A stretch of DNA of 64,000 nucleotides from an uncultured Chitinophagaceae bacterium (GTDB lineage Bacteria > Bacteroidota > Ignavibacteria > UBA10030 > UBA8401). Below the pieces are notes generated by a model. It was not told where the DNA came from. It was given only the letters and a program-made list of their open reading frames with translations, and ran no database searches. The first letter of the stretch is position 1; the number at the start of each line of letters is the position of its first letter. A program made the position numbers and the translations under genes. The stretch is taken from assembly GCA_964384415.1 (NCBI GenBank), contig CAYLMV010000003.1, positions 6,840 to 70,839 on the forward strand, in the 5' to 3' direction. Positions 46,148-56,867 of this stretch are shown here, one piece after another.

Positions 46148-46429
46148 TCACTTCTCCATCCCGATCGAAAACATTCGTTCGAGGTCGTGTTTGGAATAGA
46201 CCCGGAACGCAATCAGGGTTTCAGACTTTTCTATGCCGTCCACCTGCCGTATATGGTCCGTCACGAGCTCGGCGAGCCGGTCGTTGTCTTTTACCCGGAT
46301 GATCACCACGAGGTCGTAACGCCCCGCCACGGAATGGACTTCTGTGATGCCGTCGATATCGGCGAGCTTCTCCGCCACGGGGTTTATTTTGTCGCGGGCG
46401 ACTGTTAACAAGACGATTGCAGTAACCAT
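46148..46429 (-). CDS. Lrp/AsnC-family C-terminal (RAM) domain protein
   Basis: ~93 aa ACT-like domain (GITEVHSVAGRYDLVVIIRV). The start is set at MVTAIVLL. Confidence 0.55.
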   Translation of the reverse strand: MVTAIVLLTVARDKINPVAEKLADIDGITEVHSVAGRYDLVVIIRVKDNDRLAELVTDHIRQVDGIEKSETLIAFRVYSKHDLERMFSIGMEK

Positions 46430-46439
46430 GCCTTCTCCT

Positions 46440-46889
46440 CTATTTTCTTTTATAGACCTCTGAGTCGTGAATTTCCATGTAGCGTGAGGGATTTCTGGAT
46501 GCATCGAAACCGAATTTTCGATACAAAGCGTGTGCGTCCCGCGTGAGAAGAGTAAAACGACGCAATCCCTGCAGATCCGGATGCTTCATCACGCACGACA
46601 TGAGCCACGTGCCCAGGCCCTTGCCGCGGTATGACTCCAGAACGTAGACATCGCAAAGATACGCATAGGTTGCATAGTCGGAAATTACCCGTGCAAATCC
46701 AATCTGCTTTCCGGAACCGAAGAGACCGAAACATAACGAGTTCTTCATCGCCCGATCAACAGTGCCACGGGGGATCCCCTCCGACCAATAGCAATGAGTG
46801 AGGAAGTCGTGAATCGCCGCCGGATCCATCTTTGACGGGTCGGCCGAAACGGTGAATTGATCGCGATGATATTCAGGATACGTTGTCAT
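46440..46889 (-). CDS. GNAT-family N-acetyltransferase
   Basis: 149 aa with RGKGLG and the acetyl-CoA binding motif. Confidence 0.75.
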   Translation of the reverse strand: MTTYPEYHRDQFTVSADPSKMDPAAIHDFLTHCYWSEGIPRGTVDRAMKNSLCFGLFGSGKQIGFARVISDYATYAYLCDVYVLESYRGKGLGTWLMSCVMKHPDLQGLRRFTLLTRDAHALYRKFGFDASRNPSRYMEIHDSEVYKRK

Positions 46890-46996
46890 AGTGAAAAATG
46901 ATTGTGCGGTAAGAATTGCCTTCGAAAAGAAACAAATGTTCGCGCAAACGCGAACTGTAAACGCATCAATCCCTCATCCCCCCCTCCCTCTTCCCT

Positions 46997-47662
46997 TCAA
47001 GCCGGCTTGTAGAGACCGGCCTTGTTGGCCCCAATCAGTCCCGCCTCATAGGTCCTTTGATCCACCGGAGAAAGCGAACGCGCCATGGCCGGCGTGATGA
47101 TCTTAGTAATTCGGATTTCGCTCAGCTTATCTCCGATCGCCTCCAACGCCTCGTCTGAAAAAGGCCAGTCGAGAGAATCGAAGGAGGTCAGATTAAGAGG
47201 ACGCGTGTATTGTCTCAGCGTCTTCTCGCGCGCGACATTATAGTATGATTCAAAATAAGACATCACCAATTCACGAAGCGATGCGTAGACCGGCTCGCGA
47301 TATCGCAGTCCGACAAAATTTGACTTTGCGATTGAGCCAAATCTTCCGTTCATCTTGAAGATGGCCAGAACATGATCGTCATCCCGGACACCATCCATAT
47401 CAATGATGAGCGGAGGAAAACCGAGCCGCCGAAGCGCCATGGCGGCGAACACCGCGCCGTCGTAGCAATGGGCGATGCGGTCCGAGAGCACGGTGCGCGG
47501 AGAACGGTAGCGGGAGTCGGAGCTGTATTTTAGAGAATCGAGGAATCTTTGAATCTTTACCGTGGATCCCAACCGGTCAAGCACTCGCAACTCGGCAGAA
47601 GACCAACCTCTGGATCCGGATTGAAGTTCAGACCGCTGTTGAGATTTCTTCACAGATGCCAC
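46997..47662 (-). CDS. Hypothetical protein, possible transglutaminase-like cysteine peptidase fold
   Basis: 221 aa with an HCYDGAVFAAMALRRLG Cys motif. Weak. Confidence 0.35.
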   Translation of the reverse strand: MASVKKSQQRSELQSGSRGWSSAELRVLDRLGSTVKIQRFLDSLKYSSDSRYRSPRTVLSDRIAHCYDGAVFAAMALRRLGFPPLIIDMDGVRDDDHVLAIFKMNGRFGSIAKSNFVGLRYREPVYASLRELVMSYFESYYNVAREKTLRQYTRPLNLTSFDSLDWPFSDEALEAIGDKLSEIRITKIITPAMARSLSPVDQRTYEAGLIGANKAGLYKPA

Positions 47663-47702
47663 GTGCCGCCGCGCTCCTGCAATAATGTGAGGTTGAAGTT
47701 CT

Positions 47703-48281
47703 TCAATCGAAGATCTGCTTGAGATGGTGTTTCAGATGACGCACATAATCCTGAACGAGAAACTCCAGCGTCACCGGCTCATGCTCATCGATAAATATGT
47801 GATTGCGGAGGACCGCCTCGGGGAGGACGGAAACCATATGGAGAAGGTGAAGGTTGTAAGACTTCCATAGCTGAACCAGATCGGACCATGGTTCATTCTG
47901 GTACTGCTGGGTTTTCACCCAGGATTCTTGCTCATATCCGGGGAGTTTCAGTTCAGCGCTTAACTGCGCCCGGACAAATCGCTGGTGATTGTTGGCGGCA
48001 GAATCGATGAGATGACCGAGAATTTCTTTCTTCGACCACTTTCCCGCAGCCCCGCGATCGGCGCTCTCCTTCTCCGATAACGCGTCAAGCGCTTTCGATG
48101 TTGCGGCGATGACCTGTTTAAATTCTTCGGCAACCTTCTTCATTTTTCTGTTTCCTTTCCAGGGAGTTGTGCGAAGCCATCCGGCCATCGCTGCCATCAG
48201 CCACAGGCTTCCGAGCAGCGCCAGAACAAGCGCGATCATGTCGAGGACGTTTGAGGTAGTCCCGCCGAAAAAATAGATCAA
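47703..48281 (-). CDS. DinB/YfiT-like (DinB_2) family protein, possibly with N-terminal TM anchor
   Basis: The His-rich motifs HLIDSAANNHQRF and HLKHH resemble the DinB_2 four-helix bundle. An alternative start lies at 48143. Confidence 0.45.
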   Translation of the reverse strand: MIYFFGGTTSNVLDMIALVLALLGSLWLMAAMAGWLRTTPWKGNRKMKKVAEEFKQVIAATSKALDALSEKESADRGAAGKWSKKEILGHLIDSAANNHQRFVRAQLSAELKLPGYEQESWVKTQQYQNEPWSDLVQLWKSYNLHLLHMVSVLPEAVLRNHIFIDEHEPVTLEFLVQDYVRHLKHHLKQIFD

Positions 48282-48523
48282 TATCGTACCGCCTCCCCGC
48301 TACAGCGGACAAAAATCAAGTCGTCTCCCGAAAATCCCTCGTACGGTCTTTTTGAGAAGCCCCGCTTAAGACGACGTAGACCCGCGACGAAGATACCAGA
48401 AAGCTGAATGCTTCGCTGCCCTCAGCATAAGAATCAATTGTGTGTGGTGCGCGGAACTGAATATTGAGCTACATCCAGTTTTAACGGTGATCAAAAGCGA
48501 GTCTCCTCTTGCCTGGTTACCGA

Positions 48524-50593
48524 TCACTTTTCAAATGCCTGGTTGCGAATCATCTTTAGCATGTCGTAGGGCGCGGGATCGCCGCCAAGGTATTTATGGA
48601 ACCAATCGAGATGCGCGTTATAGTAGACCGGCATCGACTTCACGGCGCTCGGCCAATGCCCGTCGTTCGGGAAAACGATCAGCCGCGACGGAACGTTCAT
48701 TTGCTGCAGGTCCGTAAAGAACTCGAGACTCTGGGTGTACGGAACACGGAAGTCCTTTTCGCCCGTGATCACGAGACACGGCGTCTTGAAATTCTTCACG
48801 AACAAATTAGGAGACCATCTACTATAGAGACTTGATTCCGATGGCCGGCCGCCGAGGTCCCACTGCGGGAACCACAATTCCTCCGTCGAGCCGTGCATTG
48901 CCGTGAGGTCGTACACTCCCATCATACAGGCTATCGCCTTGAACCGTGATGTATGCCCTTCGAACCACATCATCATGTAACCCCCAAAAGACCAGCCCAT
49001 CGCGCCGACCCGGGCGCTGTCGACATATGGCAGTTTTTCAAGAGAGTCGGTGACCGCCATCAGATCTTCGTATACTTTGCCTCCCCAATCCTTCGAAATC
49101 TCCGCTGTGAATTCCTGGCCGTAGCCGGTCGATCCATGGGGGTTCGGGAATGCAACGATGTAGCCGCAGCCCGGATACATCTGCCAGTCTCCCCGGAACG
49201 CGTCAGCCCATTGGGACTGCGGGCCGCCGTGAACGTTGAGAATGAGAGGATATTTCTTTGATGGATCGAACCCGTGCGGCTTAACGATAAAAGTATGAAT
49301 CTTCTTCCCGGTGGGAGAAGAAATCCACATCTCTTCCGCAGGCCGGATGTCGACGGCATCTTCTACGGGTTTGTTAAAATACGTCAGGCGCTGAGGATTT
49401 TTCCCCGTCGTCGAAACGCGCCAGAGTTCGGTCGGACTTCCAACCGAGCGCTCGACAAACGCTGCAAATTTTCCGTCGGGCGAAATATCGGTACCGTCGA
49501 TCTTCTTCATGTCGAACACCGGCGAGCATCGCCGCGTTTTGATGTCGACTTTATAGATGGGAGTATGCCCCAGGACGTCTCCCGTAAAATAGATGCTCTT
49601 CGAATCGGGCGCCCAGACGAAGTCGTTCACCCAATTGTCAAACTCCTGCGTCAGCACTGTCTTCTCACCGGTAGTCCGGTCGAACAGCGCGATGCGGAAA
49701 CAGTCGGACTCGTAGGCCGGTATCGACTGCATTCTGTACGCGATGAACTTGCCGTCGGGAGAATAACAGGGATCGCCGTCGTATGCTTTGTTTGCCTGCG
49801 TAATATCTTTCGGTTCACCGCCGGCAGTCGGCACAACAAAGAGATCCGCGTTGGTCGATTCGGCTTCGTTCGCATCATGGTTCGATGCATAGCAAAGTTC
49901 CTTGCCGTCCGGCGAGAGAGCAAATCCGCCGCCTCCCAGGGAGAAAACAGGCGCGTCGAAATCGCCGGGAGAGAGATCTGTGTATTTTTTGGTCTCGACG
50001 TCGAAGATCAGAATGTGTGACCTTCTTCCATCTTTCCACGATGTCCAATGGCGATACAAAAGCCGGTCGGCCATATGCGCATGGATCGGCCCGTCGCTCA
50101 CGCCGTTATCGTTCTTTTTGTTGCAGTCATTATCGGCTCCGCATTCGGGAAAAACATCGCTCGTAAAGACGATGTGCTTGCCGTCGACAGTCCACACTGC
50201 ATCCGAGACGCCGGCGGCAAAGTGGGTCAGCTGCACAGCCTCTCCGGAGTCGGCCGGGATCGACCACGCCTGGCTCCCTTCTTTTTGCGTGGAGAGATAG
50301 CGAAGCGTCTTTCCATCGGGCGACCAGCATGGATGGCCGCAACTAACGGAGTCGCTCGTGAGCCGGCGCAGGTTCCCGCCGTCAGCGTCGATGATGCATA
50401 CCTGGCCCCTCGATTTCCCCTCGGCGAGAGAGGAGCTCGTCACCGAGAAGGCGATTCTCTTTCCGTCGGGCGAGATTTTCGGATCGGCAACGCTCTTGAT
50501 CTTATAGAAATCTTCGATCGCAAAAGGTTTCTTCTGCGCGAAGCCGCTGCAGACCATGAATAGGGTGAAGAGGATGAAGGATACTTTTTTCAT
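48524..50593 (-). CDS. S9-family serine peptidase (prolyl oligopeptidase/DPP-like) with N-terminal beta-propeller
   Basis: Signal peptide, TolB-like propeller repeats and a GWSFGGYM nucleophile elbow. Start set at MKKVSFILF. Confidence 0.8.
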   Translation of the reverse strand: MKKVSFILFTLFMVCSGFAQKKPFAIEDFYKIKSVADPKISPDGKRIAFSVTSSSLAEGKSRGQVCIIDADGGNLRRLTSDSVSCGHPCWSPDGKTLRYLSTQKEGSQAWSIPADSGEAVQLTHFAAGVSDAVWTVDGKHIVFTSDVFPECGADNDCNKKNDNGVSDGPIHAHMADRLLYRHWTSWKDGRRSHILIFDVETKKYTDLSPGDFDAPVFSLGGGGFALSPDGKELCYASNHDANEAESTNADLFVVPTAGGEPKDITQANKAYDGDPCYSPDGKFIAYRMQSIPAYESDCFRIALFDRTTGEKTVLTQEFDNWVNDFVWAPDSKSIYFTGDVLGHTPIYKVDIKTRRCSPVFDMKKIDGTDISPDGKFAAFVERSVGSPTELWRVSTTGKNPQRLTYFNKPVEDAVDIRPAEEMWISSPTGKKIHTFIVKPHGFDPSKKYPLILNVHGGPQSQWADAFRGDWQMYPGCGYIVAFPNPHGSTGYGQEFTAEISKDWGGKVYEDLMAVTDSLEKLPYVDSARVGAMGWSFGGYMMMWFEGHTSRFKAIACMMGVYDLTAMHGSTEELWFPQWDLGGRPSESSLYSRWSPNLFVKNFKTPCLVITGEKDFRVPYTQSLEFFTDLQQMNVPSRLIVFPNDGHWPSAVKSMPVYYNAHLDWFHKYLGGDPAPYDMLKMIRNQAFEK

Positions 50594-50695
50594 CGTTGTG
50601 CTTTCTCGTTTGGTGGTCTGGCCGCCGGTGAGGATATGCATCGTGAGTCGTTCGGGGTTGCGATAGCGCCGGCGAGATGGGGAGTCGGGAAACCT

Positions 50696-51055
50696 TTACT
50701 TTTTCGTGACGCTTTCGATCGCACTAATCAGCTGCTGGGTGGAAAAACCCTTGTCGAGATAGGTAATGTTCGCTTCGGACTGCCACGCACCGGCAGCCTG
50801 CGCTGCGCCGGTCATCATAATAACGGGGATTCTCGCCGTGAGAGGTTCCGCCATGAGTTCTTCGACCATCATGAAGCCGTTCATGTTGTCCATGTTGACG
50901 TCGCTGAGGATGACATCGGGCCGGTATTTGGCCGCAGAATCGAGTCCCACCATTCCATCCTCCGCTTCGAGCGTGTTGTATCCCCGTACTTTCAACGAAG
51001 CGGCGAGGGCTTTTCGAAAAGCTGGTTCATCATCGACGATAAGAACGGTTTTCAT
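50696..51055 (-). CDS. Single-domain response regulator (receiver)
   Basis: 119 aa with LIVDDE, ILSDVNM and the conserved Lys. Confidence 0.8.
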   Translation of the reverse strand: MKTVLIVDDEPAFRKALAASLKVRGYNTLEAEDGMVGLDSAAKYRPDVILSDVNMDNMNGFMMVEELMAEPLTARIPVIMMTGAAQAAGAWQSEANITYLDKGFSTQQLISAIESVTKK

Positions 51056-51226
51056 TCAACATCTCCTGTAAATTGATTGTCGAAAGTAACAAAAGCAATG
51101 GAGAAAATCAATAAAGCGAGCGAGAAACGCGTCAAAAGCCAGTCAACACGCGAGCATCAAATGAAGAAGCCCCGGAAGGATTACCGACTCGCCAGGGCTT
51201 CAGAGAACAACTGAAAAAAGAAAGCT

Positions 51227-51895
51227 CTATTTTACCACCAGCATTTTCTTCCTGTAGAATTCCTTTTTCCCTTGTTGATTGCGCGTTTCCATGCGCCCCG
51301 AGTTGTTTGCGGGGTTGATTGTTAATTGATAAATGTACATCCCGCTCGCAACGTTCGAGGCGTTCCAAATCTCTTGGTGGTAGCCCGCAGACCGATCATC
51401 GTTGACCAAAGTCTTGACTTCTTGTCCTATTGAGTTATAGATCTTAAGTATCACTCTGGTGTCATTTGGAAGCTGATAGGAAATTGTTGTAGTTGGATTA
51501 AACGGATTAGGAAAATTCTGGAACAACTCAAAATGATCTGGTGGCTTAACGCTGATATCCAATTGCTTTGTCCACGCCTCGCCCGTCGAGCTTGTTATCG
51601 TAAAGGTCAGCGTTTGAGTCTTGTTGACGGGGGCAAGTTTATCTACGGAGAAAGAAAAAACAGTGATGGTGTCGCCTTTTGCTTTGAGCTGCGCAATCAT
51701 CTGCGTGGTCGATGCAAAGTGAAGCCATCCGGGAGTATCTCCTAATTGCACTTTCATGCCTGAGGCTGCAACCGTTGAGGTGTTGCGCACCGATAGCTGG
51801 ATGGAATTATCCTTTGATTCGAACGGGAGCTGGTGCTGGGAGAGTGCAAAGTTAAAAAGGAAAAGTGAAAATGTGAATATGTTAACTATCTTCAT
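51227..51895 (-). CDS. Secreted protein with T9SS C-terminal sorting domain
   Basis: C-terminal LFQNFPNPFNPTTTISYQLP...KIYNSIGQEV matches the Por secretion sorting signal. A signal peptide is present. Confidence 0.75.
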   Translation of the reverse strand: MKIVNIFTFSLFLFNFALSQHQLPFESKDNSIQLSVRNTSTVAASGMKVQLGDTPGWLHFASTTQMIAQLKAKGDTITVFSFSVDKLAPVNKTQTLTFTITSSTGEAWTKQLDISVKPPDHFELFQNFPNPFNPTTTISYQLPNDTRVILKIYNSIGQEVKTLVNDDRSAGYHQEIWNASNVASGMYIYQLTINPANNSGRMETRNQQGKKEFYRKKMLVVK

Positions 51896-51953
51896 ATACC
51901 CCTCTTTATAGGTCGTTGTGCATTGTTTTCTGTAAGAATTCTCGATTGAATGC

Positions 51954-53879
51954 TTATTGACTAACGTTCAGCGATATCACGACCAACGGATTCGTCGACA
52001 AGTCCTGCGTCTTGTTCTGCGACACGGATCCTGACGTGGCCCGGAATTGAAGATTTGCGGGGAGCAGTTCCTTGGTGATATTTCCGTTCACGGTATTTCC
52101 AAATTGCCTCCACGCGCCGGAATAGTAGGTTACGATGGCATTATTCACCGGACTATTTTGGGTATTTACCACGTTCACGGTTGCCAAGACCGTTTGAAAA
52201 GCCACAACGCTGTTCGAATTCAGGTCTTGCTGCTTGTCGTTACTCACATAGGCATAGGTCATCCGGAAGGAGTAATTATTCGGCAGCAACTCTTTGTTAG
52301 AAATGCCGTTTGAAGCAACGCCAAAGGTTCTCCATGCGCCCGAGTAATATTGAACAGAGCCCTGATCGATGAAAGCTCCGAGACTGTTTTTCAGTTGAAC
52401 TGTTGCTTTTACAGTGCTGAACACGACCGTCGCATTTGATCCTAAGTTCTGCTGTTTATCATTGCTGGCGTAAGCATACGTCATTCTGAAGGAATAATTA
52501 TTCGGCAGAAGCTCCTTTGTGGCAGTTCCGTTCAACGTAATCCCAAACGTTCGCCATGCGCCGGAGTAATACTGAACTGTGCCGGTATCCATTAACACGC
52601 CCTGACTATTGTGCAATTGCACGGTTGAATTCACGGTCTGGAATTCCACAACAGGATTGACGCTCAGATCCTGAGCTTTGTCATTGCTTCCATAGGCATA
52701 CGTCATTCTGAAAGAATAATTGACAGGCAACAATTCCATCGATGCCACGCCATTTGAAGTTGTCCCGAAAGACCTCCATGCTCCGGCATAATACTGAACC
52801 GAACCGGTATCCATTGCAATACTTTGACTATTCTGGAGTTTAACCTGCGCCGCGACTGTTTGGAAAACAACGGTGTCGGTTCCTACGGTCACGTTTGATT
52901 TTGTCTGTGCGCCGTAGGCATAAGTCATTCGCAGGCTGACGGTCTTGAGAGTTGTGTTGACGCTGAATGTGCCGTCGTTGTTGTTCACTGCGTCTTTCCA
53001 GCTACCATCATAATATTGAAGCGAACCGCCGGTGAGTTTTGTGCCGAGGCTGCTGACAAGCTTGACGGTGAACCCTGACGGAGGAATCGGCAACTGGGCC
53101 AATAAATATTGAGTGTTGTAATAAATGAGCGCATACGCTTCGCTGGTGAGATTGCTTGAACTGTCTGAGATTGCGTTGATCAAGACTGTTTGAAGAGTTG
53201 TGCGAGCTCCCGATATATCATTCTGTTGTAAGTTTGACTTGGCCGAGTTCAAAGAATTAAGATATCTATTTGCAGTGGTTTGATTTTTGATCCATCCCAA
53301 CAAAGCGGACTGTGCAACGTAGGAAGAAATTGTATCGAGAAAGCTCAATGCTGCAAATGGATGGGGCGGTGTTGCAGGTCCGATGGTTGTCCTGCAAAGG
53401 TGAGTTGCAAAGATATTAAATGATGCTGGATCGTATTGTCCTTCTTCGCTGGGGATTCGTTCGAATGCTCGGACCCAATACCGCAAAATCTTTGGTAAGC
53501 CAGCACTCTTCATTCCAAATCCAGTTAGAGATCTATTTGGAAGAATATAGTGAGTTGACAAATATGAGTCCCAAGTTACAACTTCAATTGTGTCGTAATC
53601 GTATTTACCAGCATTCCAATTTTGCGGGGCAGTGAAAGAGTCGACAGAATCTCGTAGTTCAATCATAAATCTCCAAATGCTCTGAGATGCATTTATCCCA
53701 TTGGCTAATCCATAATTATAGCTGTATCCTCTTTGTTGGACGAGAACGTTGGCGGTCACATTTGGAGCAATAAGATTCTTTACCGGGAGTGGTGGTAGAT
53801 TCTGAGCTTGTGAAAGCCCTTGCACAGAACACAGGACCTTCAACAGTAAAATTATGGACCATACTAAGTTATTTTTCAT
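51954..53879 (-). CDS. Secreted protein with five tandem ~75-aa repeats (YY(S/A)GAWR(T/S)FG...NYSFRMTYAY...)
   Basis: The repeats can be read directly in the 641-aa translation, and a signal peptide is present. Confidence 0.55.
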   Translation of the reverse strand: MKNNLVWSIILLLKVLCSVQGLSQAQNLPPLPVKNLIAPNVTANVLVQQRGYSYNYGLANGINASQSIWRFMIELRDSVDSFTAPQNWNAGKYDYDTIEVVTWDSYLSTHYILPNRSLTGFGMKSAGLPKILRYWVRAFERIPSEEGQYDPASFNIFATHLCRTTIGPATPPHPFAALSFLDTISSYVAQSALLGWIKNQTTANRYLNSLNSAKSNLQQNDISGARTTLQTVLINAISDSSSNLTSEAYALIYYNTQYLLAQLPIPPSGFTVKLVSSLGTKLTGGSLQYYDGSWKDAVNNNDGTFSVNTTLKTVSLRMTYAYGAQTKSNVTVGTDTVVFQTVAAQVKLQNSQSIAMDTGSVQYYAGAWRSFGTTSNGVASMELLPVNYSFRMTYAYGSNDKAQDLSVNPVVEFQTVNSTVQLHNSQGVLMDTGTVQYYSGAWRTFGITLNGTATKELLPNNYSFRMTYAYASNDKQQNLGSNATVVFSTVKATVQLKNSLGAFIDQGSVQYYSGAWRTFGVASNGISNKELLPNNYSFRMTYAYVSNDKQQDLNSNSVVAFQTVLATVNVVNTQNSPVNNAIVTYYSGAWRQFGNTVNGNITKELLPANLQFRATSGSVSQNKTQDLSTNPLVVISLNVSQ

Positions 53880-53891
53880 GTTGAGGCCTTT

Positions 53892-56618
53892 CTAATATTG
53901 AATATGAAAGTGATTTTTGTCCTCGACTTCATCGCCGGGTTCCGCGCCCGCCGATTTTACAATTAGAGCCTTAAGTATGTTAGTCCGGGCCGTGTCCGAT
54001 GACAGGCTTACTGCCTGTCCATTATAATAAATACCAACGTCGGCATTGACGCCTAAGCGATGCTCTTTATGGTCCGTATTTTCATCCCAACTTCCATCAA
54101 TATCAAACTTCCCACCATTCGGCAAGCTCATGTCATTAACTAGGAGCCTGTATCCCGGACAATACACAGCAAGACTATCTCCAACAGACTGTAAAATTTG
54201 AGTTAATCTTGCCGTACCGTAGTGATCATCATCCGGCGTTCTGCAATTCGGATAGCTATTGTCAATTCTTGGTCCATGATGTTCACAAAGACCACCGGTT
54301 TTGATGTAATTAGCTTCTTCGTTCAGAAATTTAAGGAACGGAACCCTGACTACTACAGAATCAGAGTCTGCAATCATGGGGAGGTTAAGTGCTGCAATAA
54401 TATGTTCATGGCCACCAAAAACAGAGGCTTGATAAGTCGCACGGATGGTATCTGGCCCTGTAGCGAACTCCTGACTGCTTGCTGGCCCCCCGCCTGTGAT
54501 AAAAATCCCAGATGGACGATTTCCTGTATGGTAATGTCCGCCAGAGCCCTCTACGGCCGCACTCGTGAGTATTACTCCGTAGGGTGGACCGGAATAGAGA
54601 AGCCCCGAAACTGTGACCGCCACTTTTACACTGGTCTGACTTTCATTTGACGAAGTATGATTTAAATAAAATGGCTGGATCGAATCAGCAACGACAATGA
54701 CTTTGATTTCGGGACGAACAAAGATGGTTCCTGTGGCGAACTTGGTAGCATCTGCAGACACAACTACTCTTACGATCGCCTGTGGATACTGATCCTGATA
54801 GCCTTGCGAAGTAACAGACGAGTTCGCCCCTATCTTATGGGATAGAGATTTTGCTACTGCGAATACGGGCGTAGAGGAGTTTCCTCGTGCGATTACTTTT
54901 ATCCGCCCTGAACGAAGTGTTCCATAAGAAACTCTTGGAAGAGTGGTTACTGTGTCATTGGACGGGGAAATAAAATCAACAAAATCCTGCCCTTGGTCAA
55001 ATGAGAGATCAATTGAAGTAGACGTGTCGAACGGGACTTCATTCCCATTGTTGTCTATGGCTATGACAGTCAAAGGAGCAGTTTTTCTATTGGAAAGCGT
55101 ATCTGGCACGACGTTGACGAGAAAATGATTTACGTTTTGACTCATAACTGTCACTGTTCCCATTCCAGAATGAGTTGTAACAAATCCGTCATATTGAGTT
55201 ATGCCGCTAATTGAGGCTTTCCTGTCCTTTGAAAGCGCGACAGCCAAATTGGGGGAGGCTGCAACTTTTTTCCAAAAAACCTGCAGGCTTTTCTTATAGA
55301 GTAACTCCCGCAAAGAAAGAGGTGATTTTCCGGCATTTTTGCTTGCACTGCTCTTGAGAACTTGAGGACGAAGGGTCTTGTTCCCGTGTACTGCGATTGT
55401 TGCTCCACAATCTAAACAGGGCTCGTCAGCTGAAACTACGATTTTGATCTTGGAGGATATTGAGGCATTAGTCATCGGGGGAACGTATAAATGCACAGAA
55501 TCTAGACCGTAAATGTCAGTTCCGACAACACTGCTGTCAGGCGAATAGAGGAATGCCGCCGAATCTCCTTCCACGATAGTAAACCTCGATGATACTAATT
55601 GGCCAGTCGAGGGAGTGCCATCTGACTTCTCCATTATAAATTTCAGGGCTGTCGTATCCCCGTACGAAATTGTATCTCGGTTTGAAAGCATCTTAAGGGG
55701 AGGATCGCCCGGTCTAACTTGGAAGGTTTGCGTCACGGGGGTAGAGCCTGGCAACGTCGACGATATTTTCAATCGCACAATTTGGGTCTGCGATACTTCA
55801 TCTCCCCAGGGCCGATAATCGAATGCCCCCTGACCAGCAATGATTGGTATCGAATCGATTACGGCACCATATCTGCCAGTCGCAGGGTCATGAAGGTCTC
55901 CCCATTGAAGTCCATCGAGAATTTCGGCACGAATAAAGTAGCCATCGCCGGGGGATACCATATCGCCGCAATTATCCTGAACGTAGGAGACCACATCTAG
56001 TGGATACGGTGATGGCTGATAGACGAAATCTAATTGAGGCACGGCCAATGTAAAACTGGTTGACGCACATTGTACGATCAAATCCCATGTTGCATCGCCA
56101 ACACGGAAAGGTGTATCTGGGATATAAGCAAAGGCTCCGCCGGCGTATGTTGCCTCCCCGAACGAGTTCCCGTCCACAATGATTCTGATCGGCAGTGCTG
56201 CATCGATGAACGAATCTTCCAAGGTATCTACCATCGTGAAAAAAAAATACTTGCCAGCCGGAGGGGCAAGCATGATCAATGTGGTTATGGTGTCTTTTGT
56301 ATTCTCGACATAACTGCTATTCATGTCTGTCAAAATATCTTGGCTATATGGGTCAAAACCCCATAGATTGTTCGCGGGATCGAGCACAAGAAGATGGATA
56401 CGTGCAGGAACCCCATTCGAATTCTGCTGCCACGTTATCTTAAATTCTACCACGCTAGGAGGGCTGGAAAAAGTGCTTTGCGGATGTATGGCTTGCTTCG
56501 GTCCTATTTCTACGGAATCCTTAATGACAACTTGAGCAATGGCAGATGAAAAAGTAATCAAGACTAGTAGGAGAACTGAGGAGAAGGCGTGAATAGTCTT
56601 ATTGTGTGGTTCTTGCAT
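53892..56618 (-). CDS. Large secreted hypothetical protein (~908 aa), likely Ig-like/beta-sandwich rich
   Basis: Signal peptide MQEPHNKTIHAFSSVLLLVLITFSSAIAQ. The composition is T/S/G/V-rich beta-strand-like, with no catalytic motif recognised. Confidence 0.45.
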   Translation of the reverse strand: MQEPHNKTIHAFSSVLLLVLITFSSAIAQVVIKDSVEIGPKQAIHPQSTFSSPPSVVEFKITWQQNSNGVPARIHLLVLDPANNLWGFDPYSQDILTDMNSSYVENTKDTITTLIMLAPPAGKYFFFTMVDTLEDSFIDAALPIRIIVDGNSFGEATYAGGAFAYIPDTPFRVGDATWDLIVQCASTSFTLAVPQLDFVYQPSPYPLDVVSYVQDNCGDMVSPGDGYFIRAEILDGLQWGDLHDPATGRYGAVIDSIPIIAGQGAFDYRPWGDEVSQTQIVRLKISSTLPGSTPVTQTFQVRPGDPPLKMLSNRDTISYGDTTALKFIMEKSDGTPSTGQLVSSRFTIVEGDSAAFLYSPDSSVVGTDIYGLDSVHLYVPPMTNASISSKIKIVVSADEPCLDCGATIAVHGNKTLRPQVLKSSASKNAGKSPLSLRELLYKKSLQVFWKKVAASPNLAVALSKDRKASISGITQYDGFVTTHSGMGTVTVMSQNVNHFLVNVVPDTLSNRKTAPLTVIAIDNNGNEVPFDTSTSIDLSFDQGQDFVDFISPSNDTVTTLPRVSYGTLRSGRIKVIARGNSSTPVFAVAKSLSHKIGANSSVTSQGYQDQYPQAIVRVVVSADATKFATGTIFVRPEIKVIVVADSIQPFYLNHTSSNESQTSVKVAVTVSGLLYSGPPYGVILTSAAVEGSGGHYHTGNRPSGIFITGGGPASSQEFATGPDTIRATYQASVFGGHEHIIAALNLPMIADSDSVVVRVPFLKFLNEEANYIKTGGLCEHHGPRIDNSYPNCRTPDDDHYGTARLTQILQSVGDSLAVYCPGYRLLVNDMSLPNGGKFDIDGSWDENTDHKEHRLGVNADVGIYYNGQAVSLSSDTARTNILKALIVKSAGAEPGDEVEDKNHFHIQY

Positions 56619-56867
56619 GGTAAGACTCCCTGATTGATCCCCAAAAGCGGGCATACGTGAGACGAATATTTGGGAAAGTGTCCCGGAATGACCCCCAACT
56701 GCGGCTTTACGTCTTGCGAAGATCTAGAAAGGTGCGAACATTGTCAAGCGGAATTTGCGGATAAGAAAATCCTCGGGAATGATTTTTACAGCACGGGAAC
56801 TTTTGGAACTCAGGTTTCTGATCCGTCAACCCGACCGACAACCCGAGAACTATAGATGCCATACCTT

